Source: Candidatus Woesearchaeota archaeon (GTDB taxonomy: Archaea > Nanobdellota > Nanobdellia > Woesearchaeales > WAPY01). Taken from it: a stretch of DNA of 51,688 nt. This document shows positions 16,236 to 26,300 of the stretch, one piece after another (position 1 is the stretch's first letter; each line of letters starts with the position of its first letter). The position numbers and the translations under genes were made by a program. Location of the stretch: NCBI GenBank assembly GCA_038825775.1, contig JAWBOW010000002.1, forward strand, positions 1 to 51,688. The letters are read 5' to 3'. Under the pieces are notes generated by a model. It was given only the letters and a program-made list of their open reading frames with translations, did no database searches and was not told the DNA's origin.

Positions 16236-17507
16236 TTAGAATGGAAAAACCTCTTTTGGGTTTAGTTTTGAATTTTTATTATGTTCTACTCTGTGGTGTT
16301 CCCTACATTTTGGAGTATAAATATGAGCTTTGTATTCTATATTCGTTCCAACTTGGACAACTTCTTCATTATAATGAGATGGTTTGTAAATTTTTAAGTT
16401 TGGATCATAAGTTAATCTCATCGTCTTTGTTGCTTGATTTAAGCATCCTTCTTCACTGCATTGTGCACTTGATTTGTATATTTTACTTTTAAGAGAGAAA
16501 AGGGTGAACCAATTCCACGGTTCTCCTCTATAATCTGTGTCTAAACCTGAAACAATTACTGCTATTCCTTTATCTAATAGTTTTTCAATTAAAGATTGTA
16601 TTTTTGGTTTTTTAAAGAAAACATAAGAGTCTTTTATCTCGTATGGAGAAAAAATATTTAGTTCTGAAGAATCTTTTTTATAAAATTCTCTAATACCCTT
16701 TTCTATAATTTCTGGTAAAACAACCTTAATTAGTTCTGTCTCTTGAAAGAAATTTATTTCATCTATTCCAACATAATCTATTTTTCTTAGTTTTTCCACT
16801 TTATTGATTAATCTTTCAATCTCTTCAACATTACCTGCAGTATATGCTTCAAAACCATAAGGATCATCATCCTGTCCCCTGATGAATGTCTTTTTATCAT
16901 TAAACCTTTCAACATCTAAGGAGTGTTTAAAAGCAAGAACATTATAACCTTGAGATCTCAAGTTGTTCAGTTTTCTAGCTAGTTTTTGGCTTTTTGAAGA
17001 AAACATACAACCAGTTATTATCTCAAGATTCGGATTTGTGCTTTCTGACAAAACTATAACATTATCTGATTTTGCTATAAGTGCAGGCATTATTGGATAT
17101 GGCATTTCTGAATTTTTAGGAGTTTGATTTCCTGCAATAACAACCCTTTTTCCATGATAAGCTGCACTTTCAAGCAGCAAAATTAAATTTAAATCAGAGA
17201 AATTATGAATTCCATCTATGAATATTTGTTGATACTGAGAAACTTCTGAAATTCTTTCCCCATTGTTTTTTTCTATTTTATAAGCTTTTAAATTATGATA
17301 AATTTCTTCAACAGAAGAAACTATTTTAGCTTTAGAATCATTATATATTTTTTTAGTATTTTCATTTGCAGAATCAAAAGTTGTTTTGTGAACAAATATT
17401 ATGTAAGGAATTTTATTTGTTGCTTGTAATGGGCTAAACTTTTCTCTTAAAGTAGATGTCAAACCAGAACCAGGATCTCCTATTATGGCTTCTAAGCTGC
17501 CTTGCAT
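16236..17507 (-). CDS. tdk: Thymidine kinase (TK1 type) with an N-terminal degenerate TK-like domain
   Basis: C-terminal domain: GCMFSSKSQKL (P-loop), GIDEINFF, VIVSGLDTDYRGEPW, and the Zn/lasso cysteines CSEEGC...PKCREHH. N-terminal domain: GDPGSGLTS, FIDGIHNF and VVIAGNQT, in the same order. Confidence 0.8.
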   Translation of the reverse strand: MQGSLEAIIGDPGSGLTSTLREKFSPLQATNKIPYIIFVHKTTFDSANENTKKIYNDSKAKIVSSVEEIYHNLKAYKIEKNNGERISEVSQYQQIFIDGIHNFSDLNLILLLESAAYHGKRVVIAGNQTPKNSEMPYPIMPALIAKSDNVIVLSESTNPNLEIITGCMFSSKSQKLARKLNNLRSQGYNVLAFKHSLDVERFNDKKTFIRGQDDDPYGFEAYTAGNVEEIERLINKVEKLRKIDYVGIDEINFFQETELIKVVLPEIIEKGIREFYKKDSSELNIFSPYEIKDSYVFFKKPKIQSLIEKLLDKGIAVIVSGLDTDYRGEPWNWFTLFSLKSKIYKSSAQCSEEGCLNQATKTMRLTYDPNLKIYKPSHYNEEVVQVGTNIEYKAHIYTPKCREHHRVEHNKNSKLNPKEVFPF

Positions 17508-17710
17508 TAAAATTTCAAAAATAAAAAAAGAATTTTTAAATTTTTATGTTTTTCAAAATATATTTTTAAAGTAATTTGCTACTAAAGAATAATAAAAACC
17601 AAAAGATTTAAATATAGGTTTATTTTACTCACTGTATAATAGTCAAAATACGGAATGTTATAAGAGGGGGTGGACTATAATTCATTAAAGTAAATTAGGA
17701 GGGGATCATT

Positions 17711-18508
17711 TTGATCGTTCAAAAAGAATTTTTAAACAAACTGAGAGATTTTGGCATAAACAGTTACGAAGCAAAGTTGTGGGTTGCTCTTCTTTCAAGA
17801 GGTGTTTCAACTGCTGGAGAGCTTTCTGACATTGCAAATGTTCCGAGATCTAGAACATACGATGTGTTAGAGAGTTTAGAAAAAAAGGGTTTTATAATAA
17901 TGAAGATAGGTAAGCCTATAAAATATGTTGCTGTTCCTCCAGAAGAAGTTATTGAAAGGGTTAAGAAAAAGATAATAAAAGAAACAGAAGCAAAAACAGA
18001 ACTTCTTGAAAAATTCAAGGAAAGTAAAATCATTGAAGAGTTAAACCAGCTTTATAATACAGGAATAGAATTAGTTGATGTCACAGAACTTTCAGGAGCT
18101 ATAAAGGGGAGAAATAACATTTATAACAAGATAGAAAGCATAATAAAAAATGCAGAGAGTAGTGTAATAATACATACAACAAGTACGGAGTTTATAAAAA
18201 AACTTGATTATTTAAAAAACACATTAAAAAAACTAAAAGAAAAAAATGTAAAGGTAAGGATTGCTGCACCAATAAATAAAGAAAGTTTAGAAACTTTAAA
18301 AGAACTAAAAGATATTGTAGAAGTAAAGAAAGCAAAGACAAATTCAAGATTTGTTGTGGTTGACGGAAAAGAAGTTGTTTTCATGGTTGCAAATGATAAA
18401 GATATTCATCCAACTTATGACGTGGGTATTTGGGTGAGTTCAGAGTTTTTCGCATCAACTTTAGAAAATTATTTTAATTCTGTTTGGAAAGATCTCCCAC
18501 AACCATAA
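17711..18508 (+). CDS. TrmB-family transcriptional regulator
   Basis: N-terminal TrmB wHTH (YEAKLWVALLSRGVSTAGELSDIANVPRSRTYDVLESLEKKGF) plus a C-terminal effector-like domain. A TTG start lies shortly after AGGAGGGGATC. Confidence 0.85.
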   Translation: MIVQKEFLNKLRDFGINSYEAKLWVALLSRGVSTAGELSDIANVPRSRTYDVLESLEKKGFIIMKIGKPIKYVAVPPEEVIERVKKKIIKETEAKTELLEKFKESKIIEELNQLYNTGIELVDVTELSGAIKGRNNIYNKIESIIKNAESSVIIHTTSTEFIKKLDYLKNTLKKLKEKNVKVRIAAPINKESLETLKELKDIVEVKKAKTNSRFVVVDGKEVVFMVANDKDIHPTYDVGIWVSSEFFASTLENYFNSVWKDLPQP

Positions 18509-18562
18509 AAAATATAAAAATTTAAAATTAAAAATAATAGAAAATAAAAAAATAAAGTGAAA

Positions 18563-19693
18563 ATGAACAGAGAAGGAAATATTTTTGGGAGCGGTGATTT
18601 TTGTAAAAATTTAAGTAATTATAATATTCCTAATTCTAATGATTCTATTTCTCAACCTCCTGAAGGCACTTGGTTTAATTTTTATGATACTATAAAAGTT
18701 AGAATTCCTGAATTATTAAGGAGAGAAATTGAGGAAAGAAAGAATGGAAAGGATAACAATAAAGAAAGAAAGTTTAATCCATTAAAAAAGTTTGTAAGTT
18801 TTGTAACTCTTATTGTTTTAGGTTATAATTCAATTTCAATTCCAAAAACAACTATTGGAAATAATTTAAAAAGTGGTTTTGTTAATGGTGAAAAAAAAGC
18901 AGAAATTGTTGTTGATAAAAAAAATCCTTATTCGTTTAGTGGTGAGGGATTGTATAATATTTTAAATTTAGATTCTAGTAATAAGTATGAAATTTTGGAT
19001 TTTGAAAATTTAGAGAAGAAAATTGAAGAGGTTTACGCAAAGGATGTTTTAAGCTATGGTTCAAATGATAAAAAAGTATTAGTCAGAAAGGATTTTAATA
19101 ATAATTATTTCTTAAAAGATTTGTCTTCAAAAAAGGAAATTCCTCTTGAATTAAAAAATGAAACAGTTAATGATATTTATGTTGGAGAAAAAATATATTT
19201 AAGCACAAAAGAAAACAACAGTGATTTTTCAAAAATAATTTTTTATGATAAAAATTTGAACAAGAAAGGAAATTTAAGATTTTACACTGGGAAGAGTTCT
19301 ATAAGAGATTTTGAAGTTAAAGAAAACAAAAAAGGCATTGAAAGTATTTTAATCACCCTTGATAATAACCAAGTTAGAAGAATAGTTAGGGAAAAAGAAA
19401 AATATGTTTTTAAGGAAATTTGGAATTTGAATTATTTAAAAAATGATGTTTTAACTTGTGCAACAGAAGTTGGTTCTTACATAATGTTTGGAACTGAAAA
19501 TGGAAAGATTGGTTTTTACAAGAAAAACAATCCTGAGGAAGTGTATTTTTTAAAATTGAAAGAAGAAGATAATTTTGCTGTTAAAGAATTAAAAATAAAA
19601 AGTATTAAATATGATGAAAAAACTAAAAGAGCGATTGTTGATTTTTCTGCTGTAAGGAGTTATGGGGTTGTTGATTATAGTGTAAAACTCTAA
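18563..19693 (+). CDS. Hypothetical single-pass membrane protein (beta-rich ectodomain)
   Basis: The ATG at 18563 is preferred over the GTG at 18557. It has one TM (FVSFVTLIVLGYNSISI), about 75 aa N-terminal to it and about 280 aa C-terminal. I recognise no motif. Confidence 0.6.
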   Translation: MNREGNIFGSGDFCKNLSNYNIPNSNDSISQPPEGTWFNFYDTIKVRIPELLRREIEERKNGKDNNKERKFNPLKKFVSFVTLIVLGYNSISIPKTTIGNNLKSGFVNGEKKAEIVVDKKNPYSFSGEGLYNILNLDSSNKYEILDFENLEKKIEEVYAKDVLSYGSNDKKVLVRKDFNNNYFLKDLSSKKEIPLELKNETVNDIYVGEKIYLSTKENNSDFSKIIFYDKNLNKKGNLRFYTGKSSIRDFEVKENKKGIESILITLDNNQVRRIVREKEKYVFKEIWNLNYLKNDVLTCATEVGSYIMFGTENGKIGFYKKNNPEEVYFLKLKEEDNFAVKELKIKSIKYDEKTKRAIVDFSAVRSYGVVDYSVKL

Positions 19694-19793
19694 TTTTTTG
19701 TTTTTTGTTTTAAAAGTTTTTTATTACAAATTATGTTTTATTTTCTTCCAAATTTTTTTATATTTGATTTTTTAATGTTAACTTTAGTAAGAA

Positions 19794-19813
19794 GACTCAC
19801 ACACCTTTATTTC
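19794..19813 (-). repeat. ORB-like box, left arm
   Basis: Read on the minus strand it is GAAATAAAGGTGTGTGAGTC. It matches the right-arm box in 16 of 20 positions, in inverted orientation. Confidence 0.45.
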
Positions 19814-19959
19814 GTTTAGAAATTTAAAAATGAGAATAAATTTTAAGTTTTTGTTTTGTTTGTTTTTTGTGTTTGTATATTTTTGTTTTATTATTCTCTT
19901 TTAATCATTTGTTTTCATTTGTTTTTAATTAATTTTTTTGATTTTAATATTCTGCTTAT

Positions 19960-19991
19960 GACACATTTTTATTATTGGACACATTTTTATT
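19960..19991 (+). repeat. Tandem direct repeat GACACATTTTTATT x2 (possible mini-ORB-like boxes)
   Basis: Identical 14-mers lie at 19960-19973 and 19978-19991. The reverse complement AATAAAAATGTGTC loosely resembles the AATAAAGGTGTGTG core of the left box. Confidence 0.35.
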
Positions 19992-20358
19992 TTTGTTTTG
20001 TTTTTAGTTTTTGTTTTTTTAGTTAGCATTTTTATCTTTTATTTTATTAATATTAGTTTAATTATTTTCGATATTGAAAATAAATAATTTCAAAATTTAA
20101 TATAACACTTAAATTTTTATTTTCTTATTTCAACTTAAAACACAAAAATACAAAAAAGAAAACATAAGAAAATTCAAAAAATATTTTTAAAGAATTTAAA
20201 GAATTTGATCAGGTTTTTTATTTTTTTATTTTAATATTTGTTTAAAAATATATTTTTAAATTAATATTTTATAAAATAGTTTTTATTTTATATATTTTTT
20301 TAATATTTTTATTTTTTTATTTTTGATTTAAGGTTATTTAAACTCTAAAACTCCATAA

Positions 20359-20378
20359 GAAATGAAGGTGTAAGAGTT
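20359..20378 (+). repeat. ORB-like box, right arm
   Basis: GAAATGAAGGTGTAAGAGTT, an inverted partner of 19794-19813, about 100 nt upstream of the cdc6 ATG. Confidence 0.45.
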
Positions 20379-20475
20379 ATTTCTTTTGCAAAATCTTTTT
20401 TCTTTTATTCAATATTAAAATATAACTAAACAAAAAAATAAATATTTAAATATTTGCTTATTTCTTTTGGAGAAC

Positions 20476-21684
20476 ATGGAAAAAAACATGGTTAGTTTTT
20501 TTGAAAAGTTCCTGACAAAAGACTCAATATTCTTAGATAAAAAGGTTTTACAAGCAAATTATACTCCAAATAAGATATTACATAGAGAACAAGAGATTGA
20601 ACAGATTGCACAAGTTTTAGCACCAGCACTTAGGCGTGAAAAACCATCAAACTTGTTCATATATGGAAAAACAGGAACTGGAAAAACGGTTTGTGTTAAA
20701 TACACAACCAATAATATTTTAGAAGTTGCTTCTAAAAATAAGATTCCTTTAAGAATAGTTTATATTAATTGCAAACTAAAAAGAGTTGCAGACACAGAAT
20801 ATAGACTAATAGCACAACTTGCAACAGAGTTTGGAAAAGCAATACCAGCAACAGGGCTTCCAACAGATGAAGTTTATAAAATATTTTTTAACGCTTTAGA
20901 TTCAAAAGAACAAATTATAATTTTAGTCTTGGACGAAATTGATCAATTAGCAAAAAAAGCAGGAGACGCAATACTTTATAATTTAACAAGAATAAACGAA
21001 GAGTTAAACAGAGCACAACTATCTATTGTTGGAATTTCAAACGATTTAGTTTTTGTGGATAATTTAGATCCAAGAGTAAAAAGTTCACTTTCAGAAGAAG
21101 AAATTTTGTTCCCACCATACAATGCCTTACAAATACAAGACATACTTTATGAAAGAGCAAAAAAAGCATTCAAAAAGGACGCTTTAGGAGAAGGAGTTAT
21201 TGAAAAGTGTGCTGCTTATGCAGCAAGAGAACACGGAGATGCAAGAAGAGCATTAGAACTCTTAAGAGTTGCAGCAGAGATAGCTGAGAGAAAAGGGCTT
21301 TCAAAAGTTTCATTAAACCACATAGACGAAGCAGAAGAGAAGATTGAAAGAGAAAGAATTTTAGATGCCGTTCAAACACAACCAAAACAATTCCAAGTTG
21401 TTTTGTATTCTGTTTTAAAACTATCAGAAAAGAACAAACCAATAATATTTACAGGAGAAATTTATGATTTCTATAAAAGTTTGTGTGATAAAATAAATTT
21501 AAGACCTTTAACACAAAGAAGAGTTTCTGATGTTTTAGCAGAACTTGATATGCTTGGAATAATAAATGCTAAAGTTATCTCAAAAGGAAGGTATGGTAGA
21601 ACAAGAGAGATAACACTTTCAACATCTCACGAAATAACAAACAAACTAAAAGAATTACTTGAAAAAGAATTAGAAATTTCTTAA
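20476..21684 (+). CDS. cdc6: Orc1/Cdc6 replication initiator
   Basis: Walker A GKTGTGKT, Walker B LVLDEID, GISND, sensor-2 GDARRALELLR, and a C-terminal winged helix. I prefer the ATG at 20476 over the TTG at 20467. Confidence 0.95.
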   Translation: MEKNMVSFFEKFLTKDSIFLDKKVLQANYTPNKILHREQEIEQIAQVLAPALRREKPSNLFIYGKTGTGKTVCVKYTTNNILEVASKNKIPLRIVYINCKLKRVADTEYRLIAQLATEFGKAIPATGLPTDEVYKIFFNALDSKEQIIILVLDEIDQLAKKAGDAILYNLTRINEELNRAQLSIVGISNDLVFVDNLDPRVKSSLSEEEILFPPYNALQIQDILYERAKKAFKKDALGEGVIEKCAAYAAREHGDARRALELLRVAAEIAERKGLSKVSLNHIDEAEEKIERERILDAVQTQPKQFQVVLYSVLKLSEKNKPIIFTGEIYDFYKSLCDKINLRPLTQRRVSDVLAELDMLGIINAKVISKGRYGRTREITLSTSHEITNKLKELLEKELEIS

Positions 21685-21714
21685 TTTATTTTTTTCTAAT
21701 CTTTGAGGTAAAAA

Positions 21715-23268
21715 ATGGATGAGGAAACTAAAAGGATAATTCAAAAGTTTGCTATGAGAAATGTTTTGGTAAGTCCTGACGCTATTGAAAGGATTAAAGA
21801 ATTAAATGAAGATTTGATCGAAGAAATTTTAAGACAAAATATTGTAGTTATTGATTTAGATACTATAGAATTGTTCAAAAAAAATAAAAAAATAAATTTG
21901 GAAGAATTTGAAAGGGCAAAATCAATAAAGCAAAAGTTTGGGGAGGAAAAACTCTACAAATCATTTTTTGAAGATAAAGAATGTAATAAAGAAAATGTGA
22001 AAGAAATAAATGGTTACACTGTTAAGATTGTCAAAAATTATTGTGAAAACGCAAGTAAGAAAAAAACAGAAGATTTTGTTAATTATTACCTAAGCAGGTA
22101 TAAAGTATTGTCTTCAATTCTTGAAAAGAATATTGAGTTAAAAGATCTTACAACAATAAGAAAAGCTAAGGAAAAAAGGGATGGTGGAGATTTAAGCATA
22201 ATTGGAATGGTTTATGACAAAACAATAACAAAAACAAACAAAGTACAATTAGTTCTTGAAGACCCAACGGGAATGATTAGTGTTTTTGTGAGTGATTCAA
22301 ACAAAGAAGTGTATGAAAAATCATTAGACATAGTTACTGACGAGGTTATTGGTGTTTTTGGAAATGTAAAAGGAAATGTGCTTTTTGCAAAAGAAATATT
22401 TTTTCCAGAAATTCCTATAAGTGAAAAATTAAAATCAGAAGATGAAGTTTATGCTGTTTTTTTATCAGATTTTCATGTAGGTTCGAACAAGTTCATGCCT
22501 GAAGAACTAAATAAATTTTTGAGTTGGATAAACTCTGATTTGGGAGATGAAAATCAGAGAAGAATTGCACAACTTACAAAGTATGTTTTTATTATGGGTG
22601 ATTTGGTTGATGGTGTTGGTATTTATCCAGGACAGGAGAAAGAGTTAGTTGTGAAGGATATTTATAAGCAGTATGAAGAATTTGTTTCTTTAATTTCAAA
22701 AATTCCAAAGGACAAGCACATAATAATAATTCCAGGAAATCACGATGCAGTTAGAATCTCTGAGCCACAACCACCAATTCCAAAAAAATTTATTCCTAAA
22801 ATTTATGAGATGGAAAATGTTACTTTACTAAGTAATCCAAGTTTAGTTAATATTCACAGCTCTGGAAACTTTAAGGGTTTTGATGTTTTGTTATATCACG
22901 GTTTCAGTTTTGATTATTATGTCGCGAATGTTAATTCAATAAGATTAAAAGGAGGTTATGATAGGGCTGATTTGGTAATTAAATTTTTGTTGCAAAGAAG
23001 ACACTTAGCACCAACTTATACTTCAACAATATTTTCTCCAGAATACGATGAGGATCCTTTGGTTATAAGTAAAATCCCACAAATTATAGCAACAGGTCAC
23101 ATTCATAAATGTTCAATTTCAGATTATAGAGGAACAACTTTAATCTCAGGAAGTTGTTGGCAATTAAAAACATCATTTCAAGAGAAGATGGGGCATCATC
23201 CAGAGCCAGGAAGGGTTCCATTAATAAACTTGAACACTAGAGAATACAAAATATTAAAATTCAATTAA
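21715..23268 (+). CDS. polB: DNA polymerase II (PolD) small subunit DP1
   Basis: An OB-fold region plus calcineurin-like phosphoesterase motifs DFHVGS, GDLVDGVG, GNHD and GHIH. Confidence 0.95.
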   Translation: MDEETKRIIQKFAMRNVLVSPDAIERIKELNEDLIEEILRQNIVVIDLDTIELFKKNKKINLEEFERAKSIKQKFGEEKLYKSFFEDKECNKENVKEINGYTVKIVKNYCENASKKKTEDFVNYYLSRYKVLSSILEKNIELKDLTTIRKAKEKRDGGDLSIIGMVYDKTITKTNKVQLVLEDPTGMISVFVSDSNKEVYEKSLDIVTDEVIGVFGNVKGNVLFAKEIFFPEIPISEKLKSEDEVYAVFLSDFHVGSNKFMPEELNKFLSWINSDLGDENQRRIAQLTKYVFIMGDLVDGVGIYPGQEKELVVKDIYKQYEEFVSLISKIPKDKHIIIIPGNHDAVRISEPQPPIPKKFIPKIYEMENVTLLSNPSLVNIHSSGNFKGFDVLLYHGFSFDYYVANVNSIRLKGGYDRADLVIKFLLQRRHLAPTYTSTIFSPEYDEDPLVISKIPQIIATGHIHKCSISDYRGTTLISGSCWQLKTSFQEKMGHHPEPGRVPLINLNTREYKILKFN

Positions 23269-23324
23269 TTTTTTCAATTTAAAAATTTTAAAAAAATTTT
23301 ACATGATCTCAAAAGAGGTTTTTT

Positions 23325-26300
23325 ATGGTTGAAGCGACAAAAGAAATGCAAAATTATTTTGAATGCTTAACAAAAGAAGTTGCAAGAGTTTATGATGTTG
23401 CACAAAAGGCAAGAAGCTTAGGTTATGATCCTGAAAGAAAGGTTGATATTGCAATTGCAAAGAATATGGGAGAAAGAGTGGAAGGTTTAATTTCAAGCGT
23501 TGCACCACAACTACTGAATTCAGGAGTTACAAAAAGAATATTAGAATTAGAAAAAAAGTATGGAGTTCTTGATTGGAGGGTTGCACTTGTTATTGCAGAA
23601 GAAGTTGCAAAACAAAAATTCTGCAAGTTCAATGATTTGAAAGAAGCAATGGAGGTTGGAATAAGAACTGGTTTTGCATATGTTACTTTAGGAGTTGTTT
23701 CAGCACCATTAGAAGGATTTGTAGAGTTAAACATTAAAAAAAGAATGGACGGTAAGGATTATGTTGCAATTAAATTTGCAAGTCCAGTAAGAGGGGCTGG
23801 TGGAACAGCAGCAGCTTTTTGTGTGGTAATAGCAGATTATATAAGAAAGATTTTTGGTTTTGAAAGTTATGATCCAACAGAAAAAGAAATAAATCGTTTT
23901 GTTACAGAACTTTTTGATTATGACGAAAGAGTAACTAACCTACAATACAGGCCTACAAAAGAAGAAATACAATTCTTAGCTTCAAACATTCCTGTTGAAA
24001 TTGATGGAGACCCAACAGAAAAAATAGAGGTGTCAAATTATAAGGACTTAGAAAGAATAAGCACGAATAGGATAAGGGGTGGTTTTTGCTTAGTGGTTTC
24101 GATGGTTGCTTTAAAAGCTCCAAAACTTTGGAAAGAACTAAAAGTTTGGGGTTCTGATTTTAATCTTGATTGGAGTTTTTTAGAAGAATTTCTAAAAATA
24201 CAAAAAATAAAAAAAGCAGCAGCAGAAGACACTGAAATTTTAAACTTAAAAATAACGCCTGATTATACTTTTATAGCAGATCTTGTTGGTGGTAGACCAG
24301 TGCTTTCTTTTCCAATGGCATCAGGAGGTTTTAGATTAAGATTGGGAAGGTCAAGAACTAGTGGTTTTTCAGCAGTTTCTTTGAGCCCAATAACAATGGA
24401 AGTTTTAGAAAATTATATAGCAGTAGGAACTCAACTAAAACTTGAGAGGCCTGGAAAAGCAGCAGCGATAAGTTCTTGCGATTCAATAGAAGGTCCAATA
24501 GTAAGATTAAAGGATGGAACTTTATTAAAACTTGAGAGTATTTCAGAAGCTAAAAAATTAAAACAAGACATAGAAAAGATAATTTATTTAGGAGATATCC
24601 TAATTAGTTATGGCGATTTTCTTGACAGGGCTCACAAATTAGTTCCTTTAGGTTATTGTGAAGAATGGTATATTAAAGAATTAGAATCAAGTGTTGTTGA
24701 GCATTTTGGAAGTTTAGATTTTGAAAAAACAGCTTATATTTTAGAAGAAGATTCAGAAATAATAATAAATCTTTTTAAGAATCCCTTCAAAACAAAAATA
24801 AGCTCAGAATTAGCATTTAAAATTTCAAAAACATTTAATGTTCCATTACACCCACATTATACTTATTATTGGACTCAAATATCAAAAGAAGATTTTATTA
24901 TTTTAATTCAAAGTTTTGAAAGAGCAAAGATTGAAAACAACAAAATAGTATTTCCTTTAGAAAAAAAACTCAAAAACGTTCTCGAAATTTTAGGAATACC
25001 TCATAAAAAAATACAAAATGAATTCATAGTTATAGAACCAAATGATGGAAGAGCACTATTAGAAACTTTAGGTCTAAATGAAAAGGAATTTAATTCTAAA
25101 ATAAAAGATTATGTTTTTGAGATCTCAAAAAATTCTGAATTTAACATTCTCTCTTTCTTAAAAGAAAAATCAGGGATTAAAATAATGGATAAGGCAGGAA
25201 CTTTTATTGGTGCAAGAATGGGAAGACCTGAAAAAGCCAAGATGAGGGTTTTGGTAGGAAGCCCAAATGTTTTGTTCCCTGTTGGAGATCAAGGCGGTAA
25301 GATGAGGTCTTTTCAAGCAGCATTGGAGGAGGGTTTTATCGAAGCAGAATTTCCACTATACTTTTGCACAAATTGTAACAAAAAAACAATATATCCAATC
25401 TGTGAGGTTTGTAACAAAAAGACAATAAGAATGTTTTATTGTAGTGTTTGTGGAGAAATAAGCCAACCGTGTAAGCATAATAACTTAAAAACATACAGTA
25501 TGCAGAGAATAGATATAAAACATTATTTTAAAAAAGCACTTGAAAGATTAGACACAGAAATATATCCTGACTTAATAAAAGGGGTTAGAGGAACAAATAA
25601 TAAGGATCATGTTATGGAAAACTTATGTAAGGGAATACTTAGAGCAAAATATGGGCTTTGTGTGAACAAGGACGGAACAATAAGGTATGATATGACCGAA
25701 CTTCCAATAACACACTTTAAACCAATAGAGATTGGAACGCCAGTTGAAAAACTTAGAGAATTAGGATACGAAAAAGATATTTATGGAAGAAAACTAGTGA
25801 GTGAAGAACAAATTTTAGAGTTAAAACCACAAGACATAATAATTCCTAAGGAAAAATATACTGACGAGCCAGCAGACATAATTCTTTTCAAAGTTTCAAA
25901 ATTTATTGACGAACTCTTAGAAAAATTCTATAAACTAAAACCTTTTTATAACTTAAATTCTCCACAAGACTTAGTAGGACATTTAGTTATTGGATTAGCA
26001 CCTCACACTTCAGCAGGTATAGTTTGTAGGATAATTGGGTTTTCAAAAATACAAGCAATACTAGCTCATCCTTTATGTCACGCTGCAATGAGGCGTGATT
26101 GTGATGGGGACGAAACATCGATAATGTTACTTATGGACGGGTTTTTGAATTTTTCAAGACAATTCCTACCTGATAAGAGGGGAAGCAGAACAATGGATAG
26201 TCCTCTTGTTTTAACAGAAATTATTGTGCCTTCAGAAGTTGATGATATGGTTTATAAGATGGATGTAGTTGAAAGTTATCCTCTAGAACTTTACTATGAA

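Larger units (their letters stand above)
19694..20475. other. Candidate chromosomal replication origin (oriC)
   Basis: This is the longest non-coding gap in the window, it is extremely AT-rich, and it lies directly upstream of orc1/cdc6-polD. Inverted ORB-like 20-mers flank about 545 bp. Confidence 0.55.

Noticed and set aside
19830-19904. A 24-codon hydrophobic ORF (MRINFKFLFCLFFVFVYFCFIILF) inside the AT-rich gap.
   Set aside because: It is a product of T-rich sequence (TTT/TTG codons). It has no SD or promoter context and lies within the putative origin.
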